Source: a virus. From it: 64,000 bases of DNA. The translations under genes were made by a program, and so were the position numbers. Position 1 is the first letter of the stretch. Each line of letters begins with the position of its first letter. A model generated the notes under the pieces. It was not told where the DNA came from, did not search any database, and was given only the letters and a program-made list of their open reading frames with translations. The stretch lies in IMG/VR virus record IMGVR_UViG_3300013137_000010, positions 19,241-83,240 of that record; one strand, written 5' to 3'. Positions 19,035-29,989 of the stretch are shown here, in pieces.

Positions 19035-20645
19035 TTAATCTTGCTTATCTATGTCTGTAATTTGTTTAACACGACCATTATCGTGATCTATCGGACATTT
19101 ACTTGCGGTGGACAAAATCAAGGTTTTTGTTTTGATCTTACTGAAATTTAAAGAATCTGTATAGCCATCAGTAAGAATCACCGTGTTATACATATAGATT
19201 TTATTTTTCTTTTCCGCAATAAAATCAAGTCCTGGCATTAGGGAAGTCCCGCCCAATCCCCTGATCCTCATCTTTTCAAGCTCTTTTTTTTCTTTAATTT
19301 TAAGAACCTGCTGAATTTGAGCATCACACTGAATAAGATTAATCTGAATGTCATTCTGGAAGATATAAGAGAGAACTTTTTCAAAACTTCCCCCCATACT
19401 TCCACTAGTATCTAGAAGAACGTTAATTTCATTCTTATATTTTTTGTGACCTTTAAGACCAGAAATACCTCTACGGTTAGGACGAACGATGGTTTTTTCT
19501 TTCTTGGAGCCAAAGATATGATTACTCATAGTTCTTTTAATTTCTTTTAAGTAATCTTTTTTGGTTTTACGAAGTTTATTAAGAATAGATTCAACATCAC
19601 CAGAGTTTAAACCTCTATTTTTCAATTTAGTCATTGCATTCTCAACAATTTCTCTTTTTAATTCCTGAGGAATTTCATCACCAAGATGTGCATCAAGAGT
19701 ATTCTGTTCTTCACGTTCTTCACCTTCAAAAATGGTTTCTAACGAATAGCATTCGGCATCATTTTTACCATATTTACCATATCTATCATTACCTGAAGTA
19801 TCTTTCTGACCCTGACGAGATTTATTATTATGATTTTCGTGACCGCAATTTGGACATTTATTACTCTGGCTATTATCACCACTTTCACCGCCACTTCCAT
19901 CATTACCATTTTCATTATTTTCGTTAGATTTTTCTTTTCCTTTTCCTTTTCCTTTCTGATCTTTCTGATCTTTCTGTTCTTTACCCTCTCCCTCTCCATT
20001 TTCATCACCTGATTTATCTCCAGACTGATCACCTGGCTGATTCATTGGTGAACCACATTTTGGACATTTGTTCGATTCGTTGCGCATTTTCTGAATAGCT
20101 TCTTTATTTTTTTCCTGCCATTCACGTTTCTTATTAACATACCATTCATATAAATCTTCAAAGATTGCTTCACCTTTGTATTCTTTAGGAATAAATAAGG
20201 CACTGTTTCTTTTAAATTCATCTTTAGGAATACTAAGAAATGGCTTAGAACCCTGACCTAATCCCTGCTGCTTCATAATTTCATCATAAATAATTTGATT
20301 GATAATCATGTCTTGAACAATATTAGCAGAGCGTGCATCATAACCAACACTTCTTTTAACATGATCAAATAGAAGATGAAATTCCTCGTGAATTAAGAGG
20401 AAATTAATCTCAGATTGAGGTAATTTGTCAATAAATTTACGATCCCAATAGAAATTCATACCTTTTGATGTAACATTAACACCAGCAGTTGGAATATACG
20501 GATTATTTTTTGATTCGTAAAAATTGATGAACAAAGCAAATTCACCATAATAAGGTAAATTACCAGTCGCCATCATTGCTACTACGGCTTCTGTGAGCTT
20601 TTCGTGCATCTGTCCAGGAATCACATGTTTATAGAAATCAACCAT
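19035..20645 (-). CDS. Metallopeptidase-like plus vWA domain protein (DUF2201-type), likely MoxR partner
   Basis: HEEFH motif; low-complexity linker flanked by CxxC; MIDAS 'DTSGSM', 'GGT', 'LTDG'. Confidence 0.8.
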   Translation of the reverse strand: MVDFYKHVIPGQMHEKLTEAVVAMMATGNLPYYGEFALFINFYESKNNPYIPTAGVNVTSKGMNFYWDRKFIDKLPQSEINFLLIHEEFHLLFDHVKRSVGYDARSANIVQDMIINQIIYDEIMKQQGLGQGSKPFLSIPKDEFKRNSALFIPKEYKGEAIFEDLYEWYVNKKREWQEKNKEAIQKMRNESNKCPKCGSPMNQPGDQSGDKSGDENGEGEGKEQKDQKDQKGKGKGKEKSNENNENGNDGSGGESGDNSQSNKCPNCGHENHNNKSRQGQKDTSGNDRYGKYGKNDAECYSLETIFEGEEREEQNTLDAHLGDEIPQELKREIVENAMTKLKNRGLNSGDVESILNKLRKTKKDYLKEIKRTMSNHIFGSKKEKTIVRPNRRGISGLKGHKKYKNEINVLLDTSGSMGGSFEKVLSYIFQNDIQINLIQCDAQIQQVLKIKEKKELEKMRIRGLGGTSLMPGLDFIAEKKNKIYMYNTVILTDGYTDSLNFSKIKTKTLILSTASKCPIDHDNGRVKQITDIDKQD

Positions 20646-20720
20646 CTTGTTATAATTTTATTTGATTTGAGTACAAATATACGATTAATAATTAAAATAA
20701 AAAAATATTTTCAATATTTT

Positions 20721-21446
20721 TTATGCTGTTTGAATAAGTTTTTTCTTTGACCAATATAACGTAATTAGATAACCACCAATCAATCCACCCAAATGTCCAA
20801 AGTGTCCGATTCCAAATCCTAATACTGGATCTATCAGAGATAGTATACCAAATATGAGTGAGAATAATGCAAATCCATAAACCAGACTCTTAACTTTTAC
20901 AGGTAATACAAAGAAAAGATATACTTTTGTTTCGGGTGAAATAAAAACAAAAGTGGATAATAGTCCACATAATGCTCCGGATGCACCAATAGCAGCACCA
21001 GTTCCAAATAACATCCAAAGAATACCAGATACTAATCCACTTACAAAGTAAATAAATAGAAACTTTCTAGTTCCAATAATTTGTTCAAGTGGGTTTCCAA
21101 ATGACCATAGCATTATCATATTAAATAGTATATGAATAATACCGGCATGAAGGAACATTGATGTTAGTGGCTGATAGAAGGCAAAGTTTTCATCTGAGAT
21201 ATTGTAACTAGCAAAGTTAGTTACAATTGAAGGTACTATATAGCTTATAATAAATATAAGAATATTAGAGAGAATTAAAAATCTAACTGTGTTGGTAGAA
21301 TTACCAATAGAAGTAACTTTATAAATATCTTCTTTTCTCTTCTGTTTTTTCTTCTGTTTTTCTCTATATTCTTGAAAGTCTGTAGTATTAAAAATATTTT
21401 TTATTTCATCTTTTTTTGACGAAAAATCATAATTTTTATTTTTCAT
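20721..21446 (-). CDS. Rhomboid family intramembrane serine protease
   Basis: 'FLHAGIIHILFNM', 'GASG', 'HLGG'. Confidence 0.9.
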   Translation of the reverse strand: MKNKNYDFSSKKDEIKNIFNTTDFQEYREKQKKKQKRKEDIYKVTSIGNSTNTVRFLILSNILIFIISYIVPSIVTNFASYNISDENFAFYQPLTSMFLHAGIIHILFNMIMLWSFGNPLEQIIGTRKFLFIYFVSGLVSGILWMLFGTGAAIGASGALCGLLSTFVFISPETKVYLFFVLPVKVKSLVYGFALFSLIFGILSLIDPVLGFGIGHFGHLGGLIGGYLITLYWSKKKLIQTA

Positions 21447-21501
21447 TTTATTATTTTTTAATGTGAATACAAAGATAACGTTAATTTCTCATTTGAGAAA
21501 A

Positions 21502-21753
21502 TTAAATATCATTTCTATCAATTATAGTTTTTGCCGAAAATTTATGCATTTTACTTAATTCTACATGACGCTTTATATACTTCCACTCTTTATTAAGATC
21601 TTTTTTACTGCTTTCTTCAAGTTGCTTATCCAAGAGAAGTTCTATAAAAAAATTTACATTTATAAGATTTTTAAAATGAAGCAAGATAGCATATAAATAC
21701 CATCTTTGTCTCCATAATTTAACATACCATTTTGAACTTTCGTAAGAGATCAT
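21502..21753 (-). CDS. Hypothetical protein
   Basis: 83 aa; overlaps the sigma-factor stop. Confidence 0.55.
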   Translation of the reverse strand: MISYESSKWYVKLWRQRWYLYAILLHFKNLINVNFFIELLLDKQLEESSKKDLNKEWKYIKRHVELSKMHKFSAKTIIDRNDI

Positions 21754-22385
21754 ATTTCATCTTCGTTACCGTTATGATCTATTTCTTGAAATTTCTTCAT
21801 TACTTTTTTCTTAATGATATTCCTACCTTTTTTTATCTGAGATTTAATGGTAGAAAGATTTATATTTAGCTCTTCTGAAATTTCTTTATAGGCCATACCT
21901 TCTATTTCTCTCATAATAAGAACTTTCTTATATTTAGAGTCTTTTTCTGATAAATTATAAATGGTTTCTTTTATAAGATTTGCTTTTTTTACAAAAATAT
22001 TATATTCATCATTATTTCTTTTACCATCATCGTATGGTATCAAGTTAGATAACTTGAAATTCTCTGCCATCTCTTTATCCAATGAGTTGGTTGGTATTCT
22101 TTCACTATCTTTATGTGCCTTTTTCACAATGTTTTCTGCGATCTTATATATCCAAGTGTTAACCTGTGCACCACCTTCTTCGGGTCTTTTGTATGTGTTA
22201 ATATTTAACAGGGCTTGGATGAAAGCATCTTCAACATGATCTTCAGCAATTTTCGTATCTTTAGTATATCTAGCAATATGCCACATTAATTTTGGTTTGT
22301 TATTTTTGTAAAAGTTTTGGAAATTCTGACCGGTGCGTTCTTCGAACCTAAGTTCGAGTTCATTGATTTTATCGTTTTTCTTCAT
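21750..22385 (-). CDS. ECF-type sigma-70 family RNA polymerase sigma factor
   Basis: Region 2 'AEDHVEDAF...TWIYKIAEN'; region 4 'GMAYKEISEELNINLSTIKSQI'. Confidence 0.88.
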   Translation of the reverse strand: MKKNDKINELELRFEERTGQNFQNFYKNNKPKLMWHIARYTKDTKIAEDHVEDAFIQALLNINTYKRPEEGGAQVNTWIYKIAENIVKKAHKDSERIPTNSLDKEMAENFKLSNLIPYDDGKRNNDEYNIFVKKANLIKETIYNLSEKDSKYKKVLIMREIEGMAYKEISEELNINLSTIKSQIKKGRNIIKKKVMKKFQEIDHNGNEDEI

Positions 22386-22530
22386 ACTTGTTATTTGAAC
22401 TTATATATAGTAAATCTATAACATTTTGTTTATTATTTTTAATTCAAAAAGTTTAAGATTTTTATTTTTTTTTTTAATGCTTAATACAAAGTTAATGCCC
22501 ATTTTTTTATTCTCCAAATTATTTAAAAGA

Positions 22531-22564
22531 AAAAAAGTACTAATTCTAAAATTAGTACTTTTTC
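22531..22564 (-). terminator. Intrinsic terminator
   Basis: AAAAAAGTACTAATT-ctaa-AATTAGTACTTTTTT. Confidence 0.65.
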
Positions 22565-22577
22565 TGAGAATTTAGTA

Positions 22578-23450
22578 TCATAAACTATCAATAGCTTCTA
22601 TTACCCTTCTTGATTCTCTTGCGATAATAGAAGTGTCCGAATCTTTGAACAGTTCAATATAAGCGCTATAAATAGTTTTGGCATTAATTTCAAAATCATC
22701 AATTCTATCGATATTTGATGCTGTCATATTCATGAGAGTACTGTAGTTCTTTTTGAAACCATATTCATAATAAAGTTTTTTACCGAGTGCACGAAGTTTA
22801 AGTTCCATAGATTTAATTACCTTACCATCTTTATCAAAAAGAAGTGATTTGGCAAAATCAATAATAGAGAAATTTTTATTTTTCAAATCTTCAATAGTTT
22901 TAATATGAAAATCAATATCCATATTGAAATTGATGAGATTATCAGAAAAAGCCTTAATTTTATCAGGAAGAGATGCTTTATAATGTTTGTTACTGAAATT
23001 GGTGAGAATGGTATAGAACAGAGGTCTTTCACCTTTATTACATCTGATCAAGCCAACATTCATTGAAAGAGCTTTGGATTTGTCAGTTGAATTAACGATA
23101 CTAATCATTTTTTCATACCTTTCGTTATCGATATATAATTCATCACCAACAAGCCTAATTTCCTGTACACCACTAGCAGCCTTGAGTGCATATTTTTCAG
23201 GATTGAAATAATTCAGAATTTCAGAAACAATAGTTTTTGAAAAATTTGTAAAATCAAAATTATAATAAATTTTAGATACTTCAACTCTGCAAATTTCACG
23301 ACCATCATAACTAGTTATTAACCAACCGTCTTCAATTTTGTTGGAAAATTTATCAAGATCTTCGTTAATTTTAACTGAATCAAAAACTTTAGTGATTGCT
23401 ACTGACCTGTTGTAGAAGTAATTTTTTCTCATAGTTTTATTTTTTATCAT
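22578..23450 (-). CDS. Hypothetical protein
   Basis: 290-aa ORF downstream of a TAnnTTTG promoter. Confidence 0.65.
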   Translation of the reverse strand: MIKNKTMRKNYFYNRSVAITKVFDSVKINEDLDKFSNKIEDGWLITSYDGREICRVEVSKIYYNFDFTNFSKTIVSEILNYFNPEKYALKAASGVQEIRLVGDELYIDNERYEKMISIVNSTDKSKALSMNVGLIRCNKGERPLFYTILTNFSNKHYKASLPDKIKAFSDNLINFNMDIDFHIKTIEDLKNKNFSIIDFAKSLLFDKDGKVIKSMELKLRALGKKLYYEYGFKKNYSTLMNMTASNIDRIDDFEINAKTIYSAYIELFKDSDTSIIARESRRVIEAIDSL

Positions 23451-23636
23451 TTTGATAACACAAAGATAACGTTATTTTTTTATCTGGCAAAATTTAAATG
23501 GTATATCTTGCATGTTTTTTTAACTTTTTTTTTAAAAATAGAATTAATATATAATAGAAGTAAAAAGAAGCCAGCTAAAAATTGATTTTTTTTACAAAAA
23601 TATTTTAATATATACATAAAAAATAATTTTTAAATT

Positions 23637-26600
23637 ATGCCAATTAAAGACAAAGATTTCGGAAAATACAAAAGGCCAGGTGTTTTCATTAATGAGATTG
23701 ATGACAGTATTATAGAACTTCCAGTACAGGATGTTCTTATTAATCTTGTCCCAGGGTTTTCTAAAAAAGGACCTTTTAACGCACCAATTTATGTAACAAA
23801 TCCAACTGATTTTACTGCTATTTTTGGTGACGATGATAGACGATTAGAAAACAAAGGATCATTTTTTCACAAAACAGTAAAACAAATGTTGAAAAGTGGA
23901 CCAGTTTGGGCACTTAATCTCCTAGCAACCAATCCAAATAGAGATAAGGTTGAATGGCAAACTATTTCAGTTTCTTCTCAGTATCAGAATAGTGATGTTA
24001 AAAGCTCAGCTTACGAATCATTTTTCAATAGACAAGATTTCTGGGAAAGAGATCCAGATGCTTTTATGAATGTTGTAAAAGCTAATAACTATGGTGTTCA
24101 AGATAATCAAAGACTTTTACATATTACTAACATGGGTGATAAAGATATCACTGTTTTTATGTATAAGTCAGATATAACTGGTTTTGACGTAACCGCAGAA
24201 GAATGGTACGGTGATAGAACAAAAGTTCCAGCGTATATCGATTATAGAGAATGGATTTCAGATTATATGGTAACTGTGTTAGTGTTGGCTGGTGATTGGT
24301 CAGATTATAGAACCTTATCAAATGATACTACTTATGGTAACTATTTCAATAGAAATGGTTTAATTAAAACTGAGGTTGATAATTTTATCAATGAGAGAAC
24401 CGTAACCGTTCTTGCTAAATACGATTGTTCATTAATACCTTATTTCAAAGATTTGAACGATAGAGACATGTACATTAAAAATATCGTAAATAATAATACC
24501 GATAAAACTGGTTTATTCTGTACCTATAATGAAGACTCATTATTAGAAGCAGATTTCAAACTTGGTAACCTTGATATTATTGGTGATGTTTTAGTTGGAC
24601 AAGATATTAGTAGTATTAAATTTATGTCTTACGAAACTACACTTAAAGAAGAGTTAACATACTCACAAAAATATCTAGATTCAAGCAATAATGTTATTAC
24701 TAACGATATTAATAGCTATAATCAAGATTATTTAAATAGTGGTGTTAATGATAGATCTGGTGTATTCACTAATGGACATACATTTGATATATATTTTAAT
24801 TCTGGCTCAACCGTAACTGGAACGACAACTTGTACAATTGAATTCGCAGACGGTGGAACTGATACTTATTATGTTATTAATGGTTCCGTTGTTAGTGGAT
24901 TTACTACCACTTCAATTGAATTAAGTAGTGTAACATATACCGTTGGATCAAGATATGATGTTTTATATCTTACTAACGATAATTCTGTTAACATACTCTA
25001 CGGTACATCTTCTAATCTATATACTGGTGCAGTTAAACCAGATTACAATTATAGTTTAGCAAGTACTATTATATTAGGTTATGTACATCATCTTAAATCA
25101 GGTACAACCTATACTCTTGATTATTACCCAGTAACTGTTAATTCAACAGCAGGTTCAGCTTCATATGTAGCACTTGGTAAAACTACAGGTTACCAAACCA
25201 CTATAACAGATAGTTATGATACATTAGGAACCTATATGCTTATTGAGTTTCTTGGTACATCAGGACAAACAGGTGTATATAACGATTATGAATATCTCAG
25301 ACTAATGCAAGGTTTTACTGAAATTTATGATAATATCTCAACTCAGAGTGTTATGATTAAAACAACTGGTGGTACTTTTGATACTGGTGATAAGGTTCCA
25401 GTTGTTTCGGTAATTCCAATTGAGGCAACCACAACATCAAACTCAAAAATTAAAATTTATTGTGATACTCCATCTTCATGCTATTCAGGAACCTCATTCT
25501 TACTTTACTATGTTGATAATGAGTTCTTATTACATGATAGTGTTATAAATACAGATACATTATTAACCAGATATGATGTTTTAGGTACAACTACTAAAAA
25601 TGGTATCGTTGCAACTTATTCACAATTATATCAAGATTATTATAATGGTGTAATTAATAACTTGGATTATTTCTATGTAAATAACAATAGCGGAACTACT
25701 AATAAGGTATACTTAAAAATGTATCTTGATCAAAACAATCTTCTTACTGTTAACTTCTTATCAGCTTTAGATCCAGATGTTGCTTATGAAGTTATCCAGT
25801 CAGATTGGTCAGATGTAACCAAATATGATTACGATTTAATCTTACATTCAAATAAATCAAACTGGCAACAATCAGTAGAAATTGAAGAATGGTATGGTGA
25901 TGATCTTACAACTTGTCAACAAATTAAAGTTGATAAAAATAGATACTCAGAAGTTACTAAGGGTAGTTTCTTAGCTGCTTATTATGATGAATCATATTGG
26001 GCTGCACCTAGTGGACCAGGTTATCTTGAAGGATCAGTTCCAAGAAAATTCACTAGAGTAATCAAAGTACAAAACGATCCAACCGATGTTAACGCTAAGA
26101 TCCTTTATGCTGATGCTCCAATTAGAATTGTTGATTATAATATCGTAACTGGTACAACTGAAGTAGATTATCAAACATTCACATACCCATCAATTGATGT
26201 TTATGTTGATGAATATAAAGCTTTGGTAATTTCACCATTCGTTGTTCACACAGATTCAATTCCAAACGGTACAGATGAAAGACAAAATTCGATTCTTAAT
26301 GTTATCGCAAAAGATACAAATCTTGCTAAAGGCTTAGCTGATAAGAATAAAATATCTTGGAGATACCTTGTAGATTCTTTCGGTTTAGGACTTGTACCTA
26401 TGGACGGATTCGGTTCAAAACAACAACTTGCTGATATTTGCGGTATGAAAATGAACTGTTTAGGTTTCATCAATATGCCAAGTGCAAAAATATTCAGAGA
26501 GTCAACTAATCCATCGTTTACTAATGATGATGGTACTCTTAATCTTGAATATGTTAAAGATGGTGCCGATGATAGCAAAAACCCAGATTTCTACTATCAA

Positions 26601-27278
26601 TTTGCACAAAAACATGGTGAAATCAATGGTAGTAGCTGTGTTGGATACTTCTTCCCATATATTAAAATATATGACAATGGTATTCCAAAATGGGTTCCAC
26701 CAGCAATGTTCGCAGCAACAACTTATATGAATAAATTCGTATCTAATGTTGCTGGTATGTTGCCTTGGACAATTGCAGCAGGTATTACAAACGGTAGAGT
26801 TAATAATATAACTAAGACCGAAATGGACTTCACAAATACCGATCTTGAGAACTTACACGCAATGGGCGCTAACCCAATTGTATATAAGATTAATAACGGT
26901 TATTGTATTAATGACGAATCAACCGCTCAAATCTTTCCATATAGTTCACTTAGTTTCATGCATTCAAGAGAAGTTCTTATCGAACTTGAAAATAGACTGT
27001 ATGATATGTTATTGAAATATCAATGGAGCTTCAATACACCTGAGATTAGAGCCGAGATTAAATATCGCGCAGATAAAATCTGTAAAGATATGTTAGATAA
27101 CGACGCATTCTACGATTTCTGGAACGTTTGCGACGAAACCAATAACACAGATTATGTTATTGACCTACAGATGGGTGTGTTGGATACTTACGTGGAAATA
27201 ATAAAAGGAATGGGTATTATTGTAAATAATATCACAATCTTGAAAAAAGGTGATATTCAATCAATGGGATTTAGATAA
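23637..27278 (+). CDS. Contractile tail sheath protein (large, with central insertion)
   Basis: N-terminal 'RPGVFINEID...GFSKKGPFN'; C-terminal 'VPPA...PWTIAAG...VCDETNNT'. Confidence 0.9.
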   Translation: MPIKDKDFGKYKRPGVFINEIDDSIIELPVQDVLINLVPGFSKKGPFNAPIYVTNPTDFTAIFGDDDRRLENKGSFFHKTVKQMLKSGPVWALNLLATNPNRDKVEWQTISVSSQYQNSDVKSSAYESFFNRQDFWERDPDAFMNVVKANNYGVQDNQRLLHITNMGDKDITVFMYKSDITGFDVTAEEWYGDRTKVPAYIDYREWISDYMVTVLVLAGDWSDYRTLSNDTTYGNYFNRNGLIKTEVDNFINERTVTVLAKYDCSLIPYFKDLNDRDMYIKNIVNNNTDKTGLFCTYNEDSLLEADFKLGNLDIIGDVLVGQDISSIKFMSYETTLKEELTYSQKYLDSSNNVITNDINSYNQDYLNSGVNDRSGVFTNGHTFDIYFNSGSTVTGTTTCTIEFADGGTDTYYVINGSVVSGFTTTSIELSSVTYTVGSRYDVLYLTNDNSVNILYGTSSNLYTGAVKPDYNYSLASTIILGYVHHLKSGTTYTLDYYPVTVNSTAGSASYVALGKTTGYQTTITDSYDTLGTYMLIEFLGTSGQTGVYNDYEYLRLMQGFTEIYDNISTQSVMIKTTGGTFDTGDKVPVVSVIPIEATTTSNSKIKIYCDTPSSCYSGTSFLLYYVDNEFLLHDSVINTDTLLTRYDVLGTTTKNGIVATYSQLYQDYYNGVINNLDYFYVNNNSGTTNKVYLKMYLDQNNLLTVNFLSALDPDVAYEVIQSDWSDVTKYDYDLILHSNKSNWQQSVEIEEWYGDDLTTCQQIKVDKNRYSEVTKGSFLAAYYDESYWAAPSGPGYLEGSVPRKFTRVIKVQNDPTDVNAKILYADAPIRIVDYNIVTGTTEVDYQTFTYPSIDVYVDEYKALVISPFVVHTDSIPNGTDERQNSILNVIAKDTNLAKGLADKNKISWRYLVDSFGLGLVPMDGFGSKQQLADICGMKMNCLGFINMPSAKIFRESTNPSFTNDDGTLNLEYVKDGADDSKNPDFYYQFAQKHGEINGSSCVGYFFPYIKIYDNGIPKWVPPAMFAATTYMNKFVSNVAGMLPWTIAAGITNGRVNNITKTEMDFTNTDLENLHAMGANPIVYKINNGYCINDESTAQIFPYSSLSFMHSREVLIELENRLYDMLLKYQWSFNTPEIRAEIKYRADKICKDMLDNDAFYDFWNVCDETNNTDYVIDLQMGVLDTYVEIIKGMGIIVNNITILKKGDIQSMGFR

Positions 27279-27300
27279 GATCATCTAAATATGGTTAATA

Positions 27301-27330
27301 AAAAGAGGAAGATTAATCTTCCTCTTTTTT
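27301..27330. terminator. Bidirectional intrinsic terminator
   Basis: AAAAGAGGAAGAT/ATCTTCCTCTTTT inverted repeat. Confidence 0.75.
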
Positions 27331-29050
27331 ATTGCTTTTTCCAGATAAATTTAATCTGTCCTGAATCATATATTCTATAAATTTTTCTTTCCAACATTAT
27401 TTGATGTTCAGTTTTAGTAGGATCAAAACCATCATTAATAAGTTTATTTTTTCTATATGTAAAACGATGTTTTCTTATTTTATCCACAATGTAATAATAA
27501 TTTGGATTTGTAATGTGGGAATAATTAAAATTTAATTTTTTATATAAATTTCCATTTGAGTAACTTCTATTTGCGTATGTAATAATTTCATTTGGATTAT
27601 AATTAATTGTAAAATAATTAAATAATTTTGATGCCCCTCCAATAACATTAGTATTTAATTTATTACAAAATCTACTTAATTCCCATTCATTTTTTATATT
27701 TTTATCATTCATCACAATTCTTTTATTTCCAAATGTCATTAAACTAATTAATTCCTCATTGTAGTATAGACCTAAACCAATTTTATTTGTTATATAACCT
27801 TGAATATGATTTTTTTCTAAAAATTCCTTAATTACTTTATTATCTGATATTTCTTTTATTTTACATTTTCTGGCAAAAATTCTATTAGTTGTTTTATTTA
27901 ATTTGTTTAATATCATAGATTTAATAATATTTTTTTTATGAATCCAATCATCTTCCCATATGTGGATTAGCTGAATATTTTTTTCTACACATAGATTTGT
28001 TTTATCTAAATGATAGTTATCGGTTTTATTAATTTCATTGTGCCACCATAAACCATTAAATTCAAATGCTAGATTTAAATCGGGTAAATATATATCTAAT
28101 TCTTTACCAATAATATCTTTATCATTAAACGAAATTATTTTATTATAATTTTCTTGAATAAATTGTTTCATTTCAATTTCTAATCCAGAGATACCTTTAT
28201 TAATTGGATTACATTCTGTGCATATTAAAGTGCTGGTTTTTCTTCTAGAATTTAATAAAACGTAATCAATATCAAATATATGACCATTATCGCATTTCAT
28301 TGTATATTTTCTGTTTTTATTGTCAATATTTAATATATTATATTCTTTATAATATTCTTTAATATTTTTTGCTAATGTTAATAATTGATTTTCTTTTGAT
28401 TTAATTTTAATTTTTTCATTTTGTAAAGCATGTTCTACACCATATTTTAATAACATAGTTTCTTTAATTTTATTATTTATTTCTTTGCTTTTTTTTGGAT
28501 TATCAACGCCATAATTTTTCATTAATGTTTTTATTGATTTTATCCTTATTTCTTCTGATTTATTTGGATTATCAACGCCATAATTTTGTAATAAGGTATC
28601 TTTAGATTTCTTTAGTATATTTTCATTTTGCATTGGACTATTTGAACCATATTTTTTATTATTAGTTTTAATAATTTTAGCTTTGATATCACTGTTCATG
28701 GCAGGAGCCTTGGTGCCGTATTTTTCATAAGATTTATTTTCTTTAGTTTTTTTGATATTTGGATCACTACTTATGCAAGCTGTACAACAATATTTATAAT
28801 ATCCCAAAGTTGAATTTTTAAATTTTGTTGTATTATCACAATTTATATTTGCACATTTTACAATTTCTTGCAAATTATTAACATAATGATATACTTTTTC
28901 TTTAAAAGGCAAATCTGATAAATTATCTTTACAAAATTCAATAATATCATTAAATATATCAGGATAATTACTTTTTACATACTTTTCAACATACATCCTA
29001 CCAGATGGTCCATTTTCTTTTTTTATTATTTCTACGAAATTGTTTTTCAT
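27329..29050 (-). CDS. Hef-like homing endonuclease
   Basis: KYG repeats; 'ELDIYLPDLNLAFEFNGLWWH...IHIWEDDW'; C-terminal 'IYDSGQ'. Confidence 0.8.
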   Translation of the reverse strand: MKNNFVEIIKKENGPSGRMYVEKYVKSNYPDIFNDIIEFCKDNLSDLPFKEKVYHYVNNLQEIVKCANINCDNTTKFKNSTLGYYKYCCTACISSDPNIKKTKENKSYEKYGTKAPAMNSDIKAKIIKTNNKKYGSNSPMQNENILKKSKDTLLQNYGVDNPNKSEEIRIKSIKTLMKNYGVDNPKKSKEINNKIKETMLLKYGVEHALQNEKIKIKSKENQLLTLAKNIKEYYKEYNILNIDNKNRKYTMKCDNGHIFDIDYVLLNSRRKTSTLICTECNPINKGISGLEIEMKQFIQENYNKIISFNDKDIIGKELDIYLPDLNLAFEFNGLWWHNEINKTDNYHLDKTNLCVEKNIQLIHIWEDDWIHKKNIIKSMILNKLNKTTNRIFARKCKIKEISDNKVIKEFLEKNHIQGYITNKIGLGLYYNEELISLMTFGNKRIVMNDKNIKNEWELSRFCNKLNTNVIGGASKLFNYFTINYNPNEIITYANRSYSNGNLYKKLNFNYSHITNPNYYYIVDKIRKHRFTYRKNKLINDGFDPTKTEHQIMLERKIYRIYDSGQIKFIWKKQ

Positions 29051-29151
29051 TATATGTATCTTTTATTCCTATATATTAAAATATTTATATCATGTTTATC
29101 AACTATACATTAATTTTTTGATATATTTTTTATCAAAAATAATCCAATATT

Positions 29152-29826
29152 ATGCAAATTGCAATAGAATCCACAGTTGGCGCTGGCAAAACTACACTTG
29201 GAAAATTTCTCTCAGAATACACTAATATACAACTTTACGAAGAACTTACCAGTAACGACACCTCAGTTTTATTAGATAAATTTTATGCAGATCAAACCCG
29301 ATGGTCATTCGCACTTCAAATTCACTTTCTAAATGAAAGATTTAGAATGATTAAAGAAATTAATAAATTATCAGAAGGCATTCTAGATAGAAGTATATAT
29401 GGTGATAAAATATTCGCAGAAATGCTTTACGAAGATGAAAAAATGACAAAAGAAGAGTTCAATACCTATAAAACATTGTTCGATAATATGATACAACATA
29501 TTAAACCACCTCATCTTATGATATATCTAAAATGCTCAACTGAAACCGCAGTTCAAAGAATAGCAACCCGCAATAGAGGTATAGAAACTAGCGTACCTAT
29601 TAAATATTGGCTAAGATTAAACGATAAATACGAATCATGGTATAATAACTATAACCAATCTGAAAAAATGAGTTTAGATGTAGATAATTTTAATATTTAC
29701 GATGATAACCAGCGTAAAGACTTTTTAGATAAGATAGTAAATAAATTAGATAGTTTAAGATCACCGGAATATGTTAAAAGAAAGAAATTTGTTCAGGAAA
29801 TTTCTAAAAATATAAGATCATTTTAA
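29152..29826 (+). CDS. Deoxynucleoside kinase
   Basis: 'ESTVGAGKTT', 'DRSIYGD', 'RIATRNR'. Confidence 0.9.
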   Translation: MQIAIESTVGAGKTTLGKFLSEYTNIQLYEELTSNDTSVLLDKFYADQTRWSFALQIHFLNERFRMIKEINKLSEGILDRSIYGDKIFAEMLYEDEKMTKEEFNTYKTLFDNMIQHIKPPHLMIYLKCSTETAVQRIATRNRGIETSVPIKYWLRLNDKYESWYNNYNQSEKMSLDVDNFNIYDDNQRKDFLDKIVNKLDSLRSPEYVKRKKFVQEISKNIRSF

Positions 29827-29989
29827 AAACTGGTATATATAAATTTTTTTTAATCGTTTTTTGTATTTTTTGTTAAAAACCTTATTAAATGTGTTAAAAT
29901 TTAAGAAAAAAAGTTTTTCTTCTTAATTTTCAGAGGGAAAGGATATATTATTTATATATATAAAAAAATATAAAAAATAATATAAAAAT

